From NCBI RefSeq assembly GCF_026571515.1, contig NW_026866456.1:310001-374000 (forward strand): DNA of 64,000 nt, written 5' to 3'. The position numbers were made by a program, and so were the translations under genes. This document shows, piece after piece, positions 1 through 15,000 of this stretch (position 1 is the stretch's first letter; the number at the start of each line of letters is the position of its first letter). Under the pieces are notes generated by a model. That model worked only from the letters and a program-made list of their open reading frames with translations. It ran no database searches and was not told the DNA's origin. This DNA comes from Ruditapes philippinarum (taxonomy: Eukaryota).

Positions 1-1049
1 ATTAGGTGCTTTAGTACTTGTTTTGACAGTTCAGACTAGAGCATCACAAAACTTAGGTAGACAGTGGTCTTTTTCATCAGGGTTTTAGTGTAGTATAAAA
101 TTGTATTATTTAGGAAGGATAATTTAATCAGACATTACTTAGTTGAAACACATAATTTTTACTGTCTCATGCTTTGAGGGAAGGATTTTGTTTGTGTTTT
201 GTTCAAACAGACTCTTAAGTTATTTCAAGGTGCTTTATTTACAAGAAGCCAGTAAGCACAGTGGCCTGGCTATAATTTTAGTAGAAACTTTCTATTTCTT
301 TTTATATTTTATTATTTCGAGTTCTTTTTTTATTGCCCTGAGAATTGCCTGTAAGAAAATAATTTTTTCTCCCCTGGTCTTTGCATTGTGCCACTAATTG
401 GAGAGCTAATGTATTAATTATTTATCATTTAAGTGGAGATTTTCTCATTTGATTACCAATATAGTTTATTGCCTAAGATGTTTGGTGGGGTGGTGGTGGT
501 GTTGAGAGGAGGGGGGGGGACTGTAATAAAATGAATCCTGAAAATTAACAGACAGTCTTTGATGTCGTGTGCTATTATACTATAATGGCTAATGCTTGGA
601 TTGCATGTGCTGATAAATCATCAGCAATCATCAGCCATGCTATTGATTGCTGGGAAAATGTAGCCACTGTAGGAGTTACTATATCGTCACTTATAATATT
701 TGATAGGCATTTATACTAGAGGGGAAGAAAAAAAAAGAAGAGAATTCTCTGGTAATGTTTGTTTATGGAAACGTCATAATATAAGGAGTGGACTCTTTCC
801 TGAAATGTCAATGTTGTAAAACACTGACACCCACTTGAAAAGAATATTGTTTTTTTTAGCTTTTTAGCTCAGAATTAATATAGAACTGTGATATTGTTTA
901 AGTATGATGATGTTAATTTACAATAAGTGACAAACAGGGCTTTATTTAGCATTTTGTAGGAACTATATTTGAAAAAAGTCTAGACATGAAATGATTGTTG
1001 TTTATTGATGAAGGTGTCCTGTCTTAGTTTAATGGTGTAGGTTAAAATA

Positions 1050-1670
1050 TGATGATAACTGTGGTAGTGGTGATGGTGTGGTGATGATGATGATGATTTT
1101 GATGATGATGATGTTGTTGATGATGATGATGATGATAGTATTAAATGATGAGAATGGTAATGATATTAATGATGATGGTGATGATGATGATGATGATGAT
1201 TATAGGCTTATGATGATGCTGATGATGATGATAGTATTTAATGATGAGGATGGTTATGATATTAATGATGATGGTGATGATGATGATTTTGATGATGATG
1301 CTGATGATGATGATAGTATTTAATGATGAGGATGGTTATGATATTAATGATGATGGTGATGATGATGATTTTGATGATGATGATAGTATTTAATGATGAG
1401 GATGATTATGATATTAATGATGATGGTGATGATGATGCTGATGATGATTATAGGTTTATGATGATGATTTTTATGATGATGATGATGGTATTAGATTATG
1501 ATTTGATAATTGATTATCAGTTACTTGTATTGTTTATGATGAGTTTTATGATTGCAATTTTGATGGTGATGATAATTTTGAGTATGGTTTTGATGAAGAT
1601 TTTACTTGTGATGATAATAATAATATTTGTATGATATTGTTCACTAAATGATGGTGATACGAATGATGAT
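1050..1670. repeat. Compound (GAT)n microsatellite with higher-order ~70-90 bp units
   Basis: Long GAT runs interrupted by a recurring block (GATAGTATTTAATGATGAGGATGGTTATGATATTAATGATGATGGTGAT) about 4 times. Confidence 0.95.
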
Positions 1671-3099
1671 GACAAGACTTGTAATATCTGAGTTAATTGA
1701 TAACATACTCTGCATTTGGGATAATAGTAGAAAATTGCAGGAATAAATTCCCACTATTTAGAAAGAAACAAATTCATAGTGTCAAATGTCTACTACTTGC
1801 AGGTCTTTTTCAGTAGTAACATTTTGTTTGATGACTGTATTACATGTTTCGCACCCATTTAAGAATTGATTTTCTAACTTTACAAATTAACATTGCGCGT
1901 TGACATTTTTTCAGTTGCCATAAAATAACTGAATCTCATTTTGTACAATTGTCATTGTAAAGTACTCAGCCTGTAATTTGATTTTCCACTGGTATGAAAA
2001 GAAAGAAGTTACAAGTTGATCAAGTTCCCTCAAGGAGTCTATAATAATAGTTTTGAACAATGAGAATAACAAAAGTTTGTTTTTTCCCTATTGTAGCTGA
2101 GAATATGATGTGCTTCTTTTCTCAGAGACTTTAATTTTAATTTCGATTTTGTTTTCTTTTAAGGTGCTCCTTTGAGTTCCAAAAGCCAAAAAAAAAAAAA
2201 AACTAGAAATTTTTAACAAATATATCCACTTTTAAAATGGAAAAGAAATACAAAAGATATTTTAAAGGAATATGCTCAGAATTTAATAGAATTTTTTTTT
2301 ATGATATTCTGAGCCCCACCTCAACAGTTTAATTTTAGGCCATTTAAACAATTATTTTGGAAAAATGAAGTATGTGAATGATCTGATATTTATGCACACA
2401 AGATTCTCAGGTCCAGTCCTTTAACAAAGGGTACACATTACTTTGAAAAATAAAACTTCAGTGGAGTTCCTTTAATATTATTTGTATCCGGGTTCTTTTT
2501 TACTTTTTCAAGTCTTCATTATTATAACTTTTAAAATCTATAATTCAGTCTAGCGCATAAAGTGTTTTTGTACTCCCTAAAGGCATTCATTTAATTTTCA
2601 GTAAAAAAAAAGTTTTTTTTAAGGTTTAAAAATTTATTTGCTAATACCTAATTAAAGGTATCTTTTGAAAATATCAGACAGGATGTCATAAAATTTTAAT
2701 AGCCAGGTAATTATAGAGGTTAAATGGGACTATTTTTCTTCTCTGGGATTTCTTTTCACTGTTAATAAATAGTCTTTTGTACATGTTGTAGTTGACACTG
2801 AACTGTTTGACCTTAAGATAATGAGGAGTTAAAGAAAAGTGAAATCATGTCTATTTTTATCCGTGTCTTTCTATTGTAATACCCCACTTGTCCAGTTTCC
2901 ATTTTCGGAAGAGTCCAAAATCAATTTGGTTGATTATGGAGCCTTTGGCTAGATTGCAGGGATGATTGTCTTCCAGCAGGTTTAAGGATTGTCATAATAT
3001 ATAGACAGCAATAAAAAGAGAAAAAAGCAACTGTTACAGCATTTACTATTTCATATACTAATGATCCATAAATCATAAAATTCAAACTCCATCATTGTA

Positions 3100-3365
3100 T
3101 AAATGCAACCCTGCAACCCCTTCTTGAAATCAAATTTGCAAGCCCTTTAAGTGTAACTGCTGCATTTGCTCCAAGCGAAACTACAGTCCCGTCAAGTGTT
3201 ACTTCAGCCCCTTTTGATGTAACTTCCTCCCCTTTAAATGTACTAACTGTTGCGCTCCTTCAAGTGTAACTTCTGCAGCCCCTACAAGTAAATCTTTAAC
3301 CTCTTCAAGTATTATCATGTTATTGCAACCCTAAGAAATTTTAAATGTGCAGTGAACCCCTTCAG
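3100..3365. repeat. Degenerate minisatellite (CCCCTTYAAGTGTAACT-like core)
   Basis: Recurrent gcccctt..aagtgtaact motifs spaced about 25-45 bp apart. Confidence 0.5.
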
Positions 3366-6300
3366 AGCTCATTTTGAATTGTTATCTGCAGCCTTAACTC
3401 TGGTAGTCTTTTATTGTTAGCTTAACCAGAAAAATATGATATGTTCTTACTTTTAAAGTAACGTCGGGTCTTTTGATGTAGTGTGATTTTGTCAGCACAT
3501 GAAAATGTTTTGAAGTTGTTTACAAAAAGTATAAGTAATTGTACATGAAGGAAACTGTCATAATTACAAAGTGTTTAAATACATTACGCAGTTTTTTTTA
3601 GCTTCATTTTTACTGTTTTTGTCACGATTGAAGTCGAGGCAAATAAAATTTGGTAAATGTCATCTCCATACAGTCGTACTGATGTACATTAAACATTATA
3701 AGTCATCTAAAAGCAAGAGAGAAATGTGAAGATACTGATAATAAATTGATATAATATAGTACAATCAATGACGTCTGTGTAGATATAGAAATGATGGCCT
3801 CTGAGAGCAATGTTTGTCACGTTTATGACAGTTTGCTTTATGGAAGAAGTTCATATCATTGGTTATTTAAAATGCTAGAAGTATTTACGATTTAAAACTG
3901 ATTGAAATTGTAATATTTGATTTGAGAGACATTAACATTTAACCTACTGGAATGGAAAGTGATTAGCATTAATTGCCACCTGAGTATAGAGCCAGGCCAG
4001 TCTGCACATCTGTGCAGTTTTCAAAGCTCTATGTACATCTGGTATACATTTATGTTTTAGGTATTCAAACGATGCAACATTTCAAATTTAAAGTTTGGCT
4101 ATTTGATTACACAGAATTAATTCAGCATTTTTACTGGTCGTGTGTTAAATAACAAGTTTTTATAAATTTTTATAATTTTGGAATTCAAATTTAAACACAA
4201 CTTTGAGTGATTTAATGGTTTTCCTATAATGGTACATCTGGCTAATTATTAATGCTTAAGTACTTTTAACATCTCTGTTATTAAATTATTAATTGTATTA
4301 CTATACTGATGATTGTTTTGTATGCAAATTGAAATTGTGTTTAATAGGGTATGTACGGTAATGTGACTGTTTTATTATCTACAAGTGTTTATTGCTTCAA
4401 GTGGTAATTAATCAATTATTTGTACAGGAAAGCTAGTTAAATAGTATTTTTAATTGCTTTTTTGTACTATGTTGTTTAAGGATAGGTGCTTAGACCAGTC
4501 AGTTTTCAAAATGATATGACTTATTTTAAGTTTCATTTATTAGTGCTTAATATGAGGAGAAAGTCCACTTTTGTTAAAGGGTCGGAGTTTTAACACCTTT
4601 ATTATTAAGGTGTTATATGAAAGTACAAACGTTTGCAATTAAACGTTCCTTACAAGGGCCTGAAATGAAAATATTTTCTTAAACGTCAAAATATTAATTG
4701 GTAGTCCTTTATGTATGCGGTAATTGGTGTTTTTGTAGTGCCTACGTTGGTTTTAATTTAATACCATAGTGGATAGATTTAAAATTGATAAAAACCAGTG
4801 CCTTGTATAATATAAATCTGTCTGACTGCGGTTTTTACTATAGTAGATTCTCTAGTCGGTGTTTGGTGACCTTCTTTTATAGTCCATGGGTTGATGGTTT
4901 TATTATATCGGTTCACAAAGGACATGTTTCAATATGAATAAAACAAGGATGTTTTCAATTTTTTGAAACAAACGATTTTTTTGTATTTTGGAACTTGAAA
5001 CGTTTTTGCAGTTTGAAAAAGAATGAAAAAGAAAGAATTGTCGAACTAAGTAAAGATCTGTTGAGAGATAATATGGTTTTAATGGCTATTTAACATGTTA
5101 AGGATGTATTTCGGATAATTTGATTCGTGTAATATAGTGTAAATATTGCAGCGGTGTTTTGTAGGCGAATAAGAGGTCAGAATGAGCTAAGCAAGTGTTT
5201 TTAGGAATCGTGTATGAATGTATGAAATATACCGCTGTGGTTTATGTGTTAATACACCTGGAGAATATTAGATAGATGAAAACAAACAAGATTACTTGCG
5301 ATTTGTGTGTTATATAGCTACGAATGTTTGTTGTGTGTACATGTAGGTTTGTATGATGAACGTACAAGTATAGATGTACATACATGTTGCTTGTAATAAT
5401 TATTTTAGGTCATGATTAATTCGTATTTTTATAATATACAGTCGCACGTGTATTTAACATGATTGTACAAAGATAATTAAATGCTGGTGGGAAATGAATG
5501 GGATTTTAACTGACAGTTAATTGTTTTTGTGGAATGTGTTTTAGGTACGACATAATTATATTCTCAAGTAAAAGGAGTTTAAATTGTTTGGAAAAGTTTT
5601 TCGTGAGGAAATATTTGTATTAAATTATCGGAAAATGTGCTTCTCAACGAATTCAGGTTGTGATTTAGTATTTTATATCACATAACACATAACCCATGGG
5701 AGATTATATACACATTCAGGATATAATATTGCATAAATACGAAACGGAGGATAAATCTTGCATATATTTGTTTTAGTGAAACTGTACGTACTTTATTAAT
5801 ATGTTTATGTTTTAAGCTAAATAGACTTGAAGACACATAAAGTGGATTAATCATAGGTCATCTGCATCGTGCCGTGAGATTTCACACAGTTATTTTGGTT
5901 TATGATTTAACCTCTTATAAATATATGATGAAATGTGAAGTTCATGAGTGAAACTTGGTGTTTAATTAAAAAAATAAGAAAGGAAAAGAAAATGTGCAAA
6001 GGATGTATTATAGAGAGTTAAATTAAGGGAGATGTAGTGAATGAAAAAAGTGTTACAAAGGTATTTAAGGAGTGCGAACTCAGTTTGTAGAAACACAAAA
6101 GCATTGTAATGTGGGAAAGATTGATTTTAAGCAATGCTGTGTCCAGGAGTGGTTCGAAAACTACTCATGTCAAATCAGGAACGTTTTTCAGGTTAGTAAC
6201 TTGAGTCAGGTCCTTACATGTGCAATTTATTATATAAATAACAAGATTTTCTTGCTTTGAATTGACTTACTTTTAATACTATAACAGTGTATGTTTGGTA

Positions 6301-6694
6301 TTGATGTTGAATCAGGTATGTATAAAAGTACAATCATGACTGGTTTCAGGTTTCAGCAGAATCATGGTTTGAACAAATGACATGAAACATCCTGCACAAA
6401 CCAGTCTGTAAATAGCTTGTCTGAAAATAACTTCGTATCCTGGTGGTGGGCAAGTCAGTTGAGTGCAAAAAAATGTTTGAAAATAATCAGGGAAAGTAGG
6501 TGAGGTTTATTATAGACAAACTATATTGAACAACAGTAAGCAGCTTGCTGGGAGGGGGGGGGGGGTTGAAAATTGTTAGACTTAGTAAATAGTATGAGTT
6601 AATTACCTACTGCTTACATTTAATTGGCTTTGCAAAAAGACTGATTTTTCTTTTGTCTCATTCAACTTGTTTTCCATTGAATAATTTGTTGATT

Positions 6695-6846
6695 GATTCA
6701 TTCATTTATTCATTCATTCATTCATTCGTTCGTTCATTCATTCATATTCATTTTGTTTGTTCGTTTGTAACTTTTCATCATTCATTCGTTTGTTCGTTCG
6801 TTCATTAGTTCGTTCATTCATTCATTCATTCATTCATTCATTCATT
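6695..6846. repeat. (ATTC)n/(GTTC)n tetranucleotide microsatellite
   Basis: Seen directly in the sequence. Confidence 0.95.
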
Positions 6847-9130
6847 TTTAGACAATTGTATAAGCTTCTTTTTCAACAGTGCTGAATTTAAGCCAGCAGA
6901 CCATATATAGTATGGTAGGTGCACCTCATACACTACTTGTAATTCCAAGGTCCATGGACGTTGGATATTCATTATGGTCTGAATGTTTTCCTGATTTCTA
7001 AGATATATTTGACCAACAGCTTGTTAAATTGTTGATTGTTGGGGAGAAGTTGTCGGTTAATTGCTGAGAACTTGATATCCATTAAAAAATTAGAAAGAAA
7101 TTAAACAATATTAAAATATTGCGTATTCTAGTATAGCCATTTAGGTTAAATTTAAGGTTCAATTGCTACTGTTCAATAACGTTAGATGTTTTTCGGAAAT
7201 TCATACCGTGCAAGATAATAAGTTACCTTTTAACTTTTCATTGAAGAAGATAAAATAGAATTTCTTTAGCTAAACACTTGACAAAAACCCTAACAACCAT
7301 GGAAAGGGGGCAACTATAAAGACTGAAAGTTAATCATTGCTGGACAGAAATCTCGTCTCCTGGTGTTTTGACATTTTCCCATGAAATATTGGACACAAAG
7401 AAAGATCTATATCATTGGTAAGAGAGCCTCATACAGTGTCATTACGGAGAATGCAAGACGTAAAACATCCTGACTAAGAGTGTGTATTTGATTTGATTAA
7501 TTGACCGTGCCGTTTACCAATTACATTTGAGGCAATGCTGACTCTAGGATAAAGAGATAATTCTACTTGTACGCCTGTGAGCTGAAATTGAATTAGTTTG
7601 GTTAAAAGATAAAAAGATTAGCTCCGAGAGTAGTTAGGTTAACAAGAATTTATTGCCAACACCAACTGCTTTTGTTGTTGCCATCAAGTCCAACCTTTTT
7701 AAACAGTTGCCTCTGACTGTGTTTTAAAAAAAATGTTATAAATATGTGTTTATTGAAAAATAAATGATACTGTTAACATTAAATATAATCGGGACAGAAG
7801 TGTGAATATTTATATTTTGGTTCTTTTCTATTTTGATATTTGATTATGATTTTGAAGCAAAAGAAACAGTAAAACGTGTGATTTTACTTTATATCCCAGA
7901 CATTTTGCTGAGACTGAAATAAATATTTCAAAATTAAAAAAAAAAAAAATTCCAGCTTTTATTGTCAATGTTCCGCAGGACTACAAGAAAGGAAGGTCGA
8001 GTGTTTGAGCCCACACAAAGCCCACTTGTTTAAATGTTCCTAACTATATTGCTGCGAAAGATTGTGATGGTTTAATATATATATTTATATTATGATAGAC
8101 GAAAAAAAAGGGGGATAAAATACTACTTATGGGGACTGTCAAATTTTTATCAATTTATAAACTTGACAATGTATAAGTATTGAATGTAATTGAAATTGAA
8201 TTGATAATTATGACTTGCAAGTAATAATTGGTTCAGAAAAAGATTTAGTTAAACCTGTCAAAAACAATGTTGATGAGGCCTATTTTTTAATGAATTTCAG
8301 GCAATGAATAGGAAGTCAAGATTTGGGGTTGTGATAAAAGCGTTGAATTATATTACACGCAAAATTTATATTAATAGCCCATTATCGTTGACAATATTAA
8401 TTATGTTTGTTTAATATTGTTTTCATTGATCGTGTGGAAAAATTCTGCTGATGTCATAAAACTGAAGCAAAATTTCATATAGCTGAAAATACCTTAGATG
8501 ATGAATTAGGCTAGATTCTCAAGGATTCCTGAGCTTCAAATCATACTGTAGAACAAGAAATGCCCATTTAATTTCCTATTGACATTTGAGAGCCTTTATT
8601 GATTAGCATGGGGGAACTTGAGAGAGATCTTGCAGTGGCTTTTGCCATTTGAAACACTGTTTTCATTCAACAATTGAGAAATATGTGGGTTGTTTTTTCT
8701 GTATAATAATGGGTATGAAATTTGAATAGATTTAATTCTTGGTGTTAATAGATTGTCTTTAAAGTTCATGACAATGGTACAAAGTCTTTCAAATTTAATG
8801 TGAATGGAGCATTTTGCTGTATTGTATATAATATTTCTTAATTGAATCACTTAGGAAACAATTTAGAAGTATCTACAGTCAGGTCAGCTTTTGTCCCCGA
8901 GTATTGTATAGAGCCGGGCCAGCCTATACTTCTGTGCAGTCTGACAAGGCTTCATATACTGTTGGTAGCTGAATTTTTATATTTTGTTCAAATATTCATG
9001 GATTGACCCAAAATGAAAGCAAGGCGATTGTTAAGTTTGTTTAATGTATAAAAAAATAAATCAGGTTGGGGGTCTTAAAGTATTTCTTACACTTGTCTTT
9101 ATTTCTTGACATTATGATTATGACAATATA

Positions 9131-9906
9131 CAGTAGAACTTCGGTTAGTCGAAGTTCGAGGGACTTTCGTAAAAACTTCGACACATCGGGACTTCGACTT
9201 ATGAATCGGTCTGAATTTCATGACAAAATGTTAACCCGTGACGAGCCCTAATTATCAGATCTATAACGTAACCTATTTCATGTTTTTCTTTCATTCATTA
9301 ATCTGATATTTTACATTATACAATGATAAATATTACATGTTAAGTAACTTTTCACGGCTAATGATTTGGACTCCCTGTTGACGTAAACAATGAAGTTACA
9401 AAAGGCGTAACATTACGAAAGGGCAATAACTTAACCAGCTTATAGTAAATATTTCGCGTGTGATTATCACGCGACACCGGAAGTACTCAAATGATAGTTC
9501 TTACTGTTTACATGTACTTTCAAATACCGCTACGGCAATTAAAATAGTAATGATTAAAGCATTTTTTCACACAAAGGCTGTTTGAACACTCGGCTGTGTA
9601 ATTAACACCTGTCACTTAAGTTGATCGGAAATCGTCTTCGCGGCCAGAAAAGGTGTGAAAATGTCTCGAGATCGAAGGTGTCAAAATTACCGAGGAACTT
9701 CGACTTATTTGTGGTAAATTGTATTAGATTTATTCTATACGGACCACGAAAAAAACTTCGACACATCGAAAACTCGACACATAAAATCTCGACACATAAA
9801 TAGGTTTTTATAAGGAATATATAAGGGAAAAAATCGGGACTTTCATTTTACTTCGACACATCGAGAAAATCGACTAATCGAAGTTCGACTCATAGAAGTT
9901 CTACTG
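9131..9906. mobile_element. Tc1/mariner(pogo/Tigger)-type non-autonomous DNA transposon (MITE), complete, 776 bp
   Basis: TA|CAGTAGAACTTC...GAAGTTCTACTG|TA termini with a TA target duplication. Many subterminal (A)CTTCGACAC motifs. No transposase ORF. Confidence 0.85.
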
Positions 9907-10499
9907 TACACCAGTAAGGATGAAGACCTTTCAGTTTTTAATTAGTTGTAAACATTCGTCATGAAATCCGAGGATAATTAATGTAATTCATAACATTGGA
10001 TTGTATAAGCTTGTAACATGTGGGAAAAATCACTGTCATACATATTTTCTGTCTTCGGCTGTTGCAAAAAGAGAAATTATAATATGATGTTCTTAAATAG
10101 ATTGAAAAAGTTTCTCCAAATGTATTTTAAATGGACAGCATTAATTTGAGCAGCTCGTTTTCCCATAGATGTGTGTGATATAAATATATATATAACCGTT
10201 TTAAAATAGAATCCACTTGACAAAACCAGGTGCACTAGCCCTGTGATAGTGTAGCTTCTAAGTCTACCGAACACCTGTTTCCACTATAGAATAAATAATG
10301 ATACAAATTTAAATTGAATGAAATTATAGCCCTGCCGTTTTGAAGCTTGGTATTCAGGGTTAATGGTTTGATATGTTTTTAATAGCTATAGTAAGCACTG
10401 GTTTAAAGCTAACTGCTGATCTGTGTTATGTAAATTTGAATTTATGGAAATCTTGTTCAAGTTCCATATGTGCATTTTCACCATTAACGGTGTCAGCCA

Positions 10500-10559
10500 T
10501 ATAATCATCATGGTCATTTACATCATCATTGTTTGCATCATCATCATCATCATTGTTTG

Positions 10560-10594
<35 letters not shown>

Positions 10595-10780
10595 GTAACA
10601 TCATCATCATCATCATTATCATCAGTAACATCATCAGTAACATTTCCATCATCATCATCATCATCATCATCACATTCATCATTAGTAATATTAACTTCTT
10701 TGTCATCATAATCACTAACTTTTTCACTCTCATCATCATAATCATCATTTTTGTCAATATCAAAACTTTTATCATCATGA
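10500..10780. repeat. (CAT)n microsatellite
   Basis: Seen directly. Accounts for the three low-complexity ORFs at 10423-10850. Confidence 0.95.
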
Positions 10781-12033
10781 AAACTGATCCTCCATTACAG
10801 TACTCTCCAAAATTATTTTTTTTCACTAGGTGAACCAGACTGCCATACATTTATCAGTGATTTTTATGTTCTTATATGGTTGTAATAAAATGTATATTAT
10901 AAATGCCCTACTTCCAACTGCCATTAATAAATGGAATTTTTAAGATGTTTATTGTTAAATAAACCCATTTAGAAATTTTTTATGGAAAGTTACAAGTAGC
11001 CTGCATAGGTATAAAACTATTTCTGGTTTATTTAAATGTAACACGGAAATTAAAACTGTCACAAATAAACTCATTTGTTATGAAGAATTTGTAATGAAGA
11101 ATTTGTGGCCAATTGCTTTTTTTCTTGGCACTTCTTTTTTTTTTTTTTTAGGAGATATTTACTATTAAATGAATGTGATCTATTCAAATGATAGTGTTTG
11201 ATCGATTGTTAATGATATATGCCCATTTTGACATTTAAAAGCTGTGATTAAAATTGATGAAGAACTTTGATTTATGCACTTTTTGCTTGGTATATTTATT
11301 ACTGCAGATGAATGCACCTAATGAACCTATCTCTAATGTAGTTTGCTAAGTTGTAATTAATAGACGAGTTTTAGGTTAATAGCCCTGCCCATGAAAAGTT
11401 GAACATTTGTATAATCCTTTGAGGCTATATTTGATGATTGGTATTTTCTGAATATCGGAGTTTATTATAGACTGTCATCCCAACTAAGCTTGACCAAATT
11501 GCTTGTGTCTTACGTGAGTAGAACCACCAACGTTCTGTAAGCTGGCTGCATAGCATTCTGGCTGCTTGAACCTACAGTGGTGGGAGGCAAGTGGTTTGAA
11601 GTCAACAACCTTAAACACTTGGCCACGTACACCCCATGCTTGTGTTTCCTGGGGCAGAAAATAATGCATTTAAGTGCAACTGTGGCCTTGAAAAAAGTTG
11701 TTAGTTTAAAATATCAGTTTTGGTGCAATTGTGATTAATGCATAAATTCAGCTTTAATATTTGAACTGGTCTTTTGTCTGTTCTGTCTTAACCAGTACTG
11801 TTGATTGCCATGTGAGTAATTATAGTGATGACCCCTGACTATGGCTTGAACCCATGAGTCCTGGGTTCAAAGGCATATGCCTTTAAGGCTAGACTCCCCT
11901 GTTGTCTTTAACAATTGTCTGTGCAACTCGAGAGTTGAACAAGCAAAGGAGAATTTTGTTACTGTTAATTTTAATTAACATCTGCATTAAATTTTGTCCC
12001 TTCAGGGAATAACCTAGAAGATCTACCTTAACA

Positions 12034-15000
12034 CCCGGCTGTACAATTTCCAAGGTTTCCTTGGACAATATCAGGGAATTTTTCATGGAAAAAACCTTGG
12101 AGTATTGGGTATACTTTTTCAATACAATAAGAGTAAATTAAGAACAAAAATGGCAGGGTCTTTCCTAGGACAAATGCTTGGACAAATGCTTGGAAACCTT
12201 GGAGCTTGTACAAGGTTTCCATGAACATATGCCATAAACCTTGGAAACCTTGGAGTATTGGGACCAAGGTTTTTTCATTGGACATCCTTGGAAAGCTTGG
12301 ACATTTACATAGACATCCTCGGAAAGCTTGGACATTTCCATGGAAGTCCAATGTTATTTCCGTGGAATTGTCCAAGGTTCTTCAAGTGAAAAAAACCTTG
12401 GAAAACCTGGGAAAATACTAGGACATCTTCATGATCTTGCAAAGCCATAGACGCTGTATCTTTGATGCTTGTAATTTCTGTGCTTTCTTACAATAGCCCC
12501 TTTGAGATATGGAATTTTCATCATTCTTATAACTAGTTGCCTTTAAATCCCTGACATATTGATGAGCTCGCTCTCCATCATTTTTAAACACAATATGTTA
12601 CACTGGTAGAATACAAAACATAAAATATTATAAATATTAAAACAATATTTATTCCGCTTGGTAACATCAATGTCAATGTCAATTTCTGGACAGCTTCAAA
12701 AGTCACATATGGCCATTTTCTCTTGATCAACTCTGAAATAAAAATATTAAAATGTCATTAAAAACTACATTCAAAACACTTAATTATACATGTAGTAACA
12801 AATGAGGAATGCAAGTCTTAAACAATATATTTTAAACGACAACATAATTTTATATTTCCCTTGCACTATTATCATTATCAAGGGAATAAGCACTCAGTAG
12901 ATATATATAAGACTTCCTAATTAATACAGATTTTACTTACTTTGAATAACTATGTATAAGGACATTAGAGTTTAAGTACATTAGTTGCAACTTAATGCTG
13001 TGTAAAACTGTAAAATACTGCAAAAAAAGATTAATATGTTCAAATTTGATTACAATTCTAGGAAATAAAATTATACAAACCATGAAGGACTTTCAGTAAT
13101 ATTGTGTCCTCCAATGCTGGCCTTGATTTCGGTTTTAGTGTTGGTACTGTTGCCAGTAAAACACCTGCCCCTGTATTCTTCAACACTATATAGTTTTCTG
13201 AACAGGAGCTTGCTGGCTTTTGAGAGGTCATCACTGTACTTTACATATCCTTACAGCTGTTCCTGGAATAATATAATTTAAGTAAGCAAAGTTTCAGTAT
13301 ATCTAGTCTATTTTAACATTAAATACATTGAATTCTCCTTAATCTTCATTTTCCATTAAAACTTTTTATCTTCAAAATTTAAGTTGAGCATACTAACTTG
13401 GAATTTCAGTAAGTAAATTAAACAAATAACTGATTCAATATAGAAATAATTAATAAATCTAGATCTAATTATCAAATAATTATTCACAGCATAATTTTAT
13501 CAACCTTATAGATTGTTGTATTATAGAAACATTTTTGCTTGCTGCCATAATATATTTTGATTGTTTAAAATAACCATTTTTCTGCATAAATGTATCTAAA
13601 AGTTATTTACCTGAAACTGTTTACTATGATTCTTGCATAACTTCCTGCCTCAGGTCATTCTTAGTTCAATTACAACAACCAAACAATTCCACAATCTTGT
13701 CACATTTAGATAAATGTTTTCTTTGAAAATTCCACAATAATGTACACAATATTCAAAAACAAGATGATATCTCCAAAATAATCTGGAATACCACTTAGAT
13801 CCTTTATGGTTAGCACTGAATGTCTGAGATTTCAAATTTTGCAACGGTTTCAGTCTGGACAAGTCTATCATAATGTGAAACAGGGATTATCAAAAAAAAA
13901 AATCAAAACACCCATCATTGTATTTTTACATTTATTGAATGTATAAACATATCAAATGATAAATAAATGTAGAATTTGAAAATAATAATAAGTGTGTAAA
14001 AAATCAATGTTTCAATGTCCTTCTAAACTGATTTTTTAGAAATGTATCATGCTCAGATTCCCTTAATAATCACATGGAATAGTCTGGTCAGCATCCCAGA
14101 ATGCCCCATGAGGTCAGATTAGTCATGCAAAGATAGAGGGAAGGGCAGATGGTAGTCATTAGTCTTATCTGACCTGTGTGTTATATTAGTATTTATTTAT
14201 CCTGACTAGGCAAGCTGGTTATTATATTTAACAAATTTTGCAGATAAAGCCATATATATATAATGGGCAATAATTATTATATAATTTATGTGTTTATTGT
14301 GCACATAAACTAAGTGGCAGAGTAAAGTGTAACCTAAATGTATGTCTACAAATATTCAGAGAATGTACTATTTTATATGGCCTAAAAACATATACTCTTA
14401 TATCAAAGTTTAATAGCATTCTAAAATTATTTAACTGTTGCTTACATGCTGTCAAGAAATAAAAAAAGTCTAAAGATACAAACTACAGGGAAGATACTCA
14501 TGCATCTAGAAACTTAGAAACCAACAGAACATTTTCCATACTGTTTTGATAAAAAAAATTAAATGTACTATGTATTATACTCAACATCATTCATCTCTGT
14601 AATGCAATGAATTTAGTAGATTGTATGCATGTACATGTATATATTTGATGTTTTTAATAACTTTATATTTGATAATTAAATACAAAAATCAATAAATGAT
14701 TATATTTCTTAAAAATGTCTATTTACATGTATATCTTCTGAAAAGGATTAAATATTCTTTTCCATCTAGCACATCATAATGACAATAAATGTAAATAATT
14801 CATTATTCATTATCATTAGGATGATTGAAAAAATGAAAGAAAAATTGCCTAAGTCCTTTGTCCAAGCTGAAAATTTTCTAAGTGTTTCTTTCCAAGTGAA
14901 AAAAAATCCAAGCTAAAAATTGTCTAAGTGTCTGAATGTGTTCATTTTCCCAGCTTGAAAAAAACTATGTTTTACTTTCCCAGGTATTGTCCAAGCGATT

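Noticed and set aside
1078-1634. Met/Asp-rich ORFs
   Set aside because: Translation of the (GAT)n microsatellite. No splice or homology support.
7381-8043. Possible alternative first exon (ATG at 7381, donor gtaaga at 7418) and small exon after ccgcag at 7978
   Set aside because: Could not be joined in frame to exon 15762 with a convincing donor, and there is no AFF similarity.
10423-10850. Poly-Ile/Met/Ser ORFs
   Set aside because: Translation of the (CAT)n microsatellite.
11889-12421. Three overlapping ORFs at the left end of the CACTA-like element (and 14936-15196 at the right end)
   Set aside because: They translate the subterminal repeats and show no transposase motifs.
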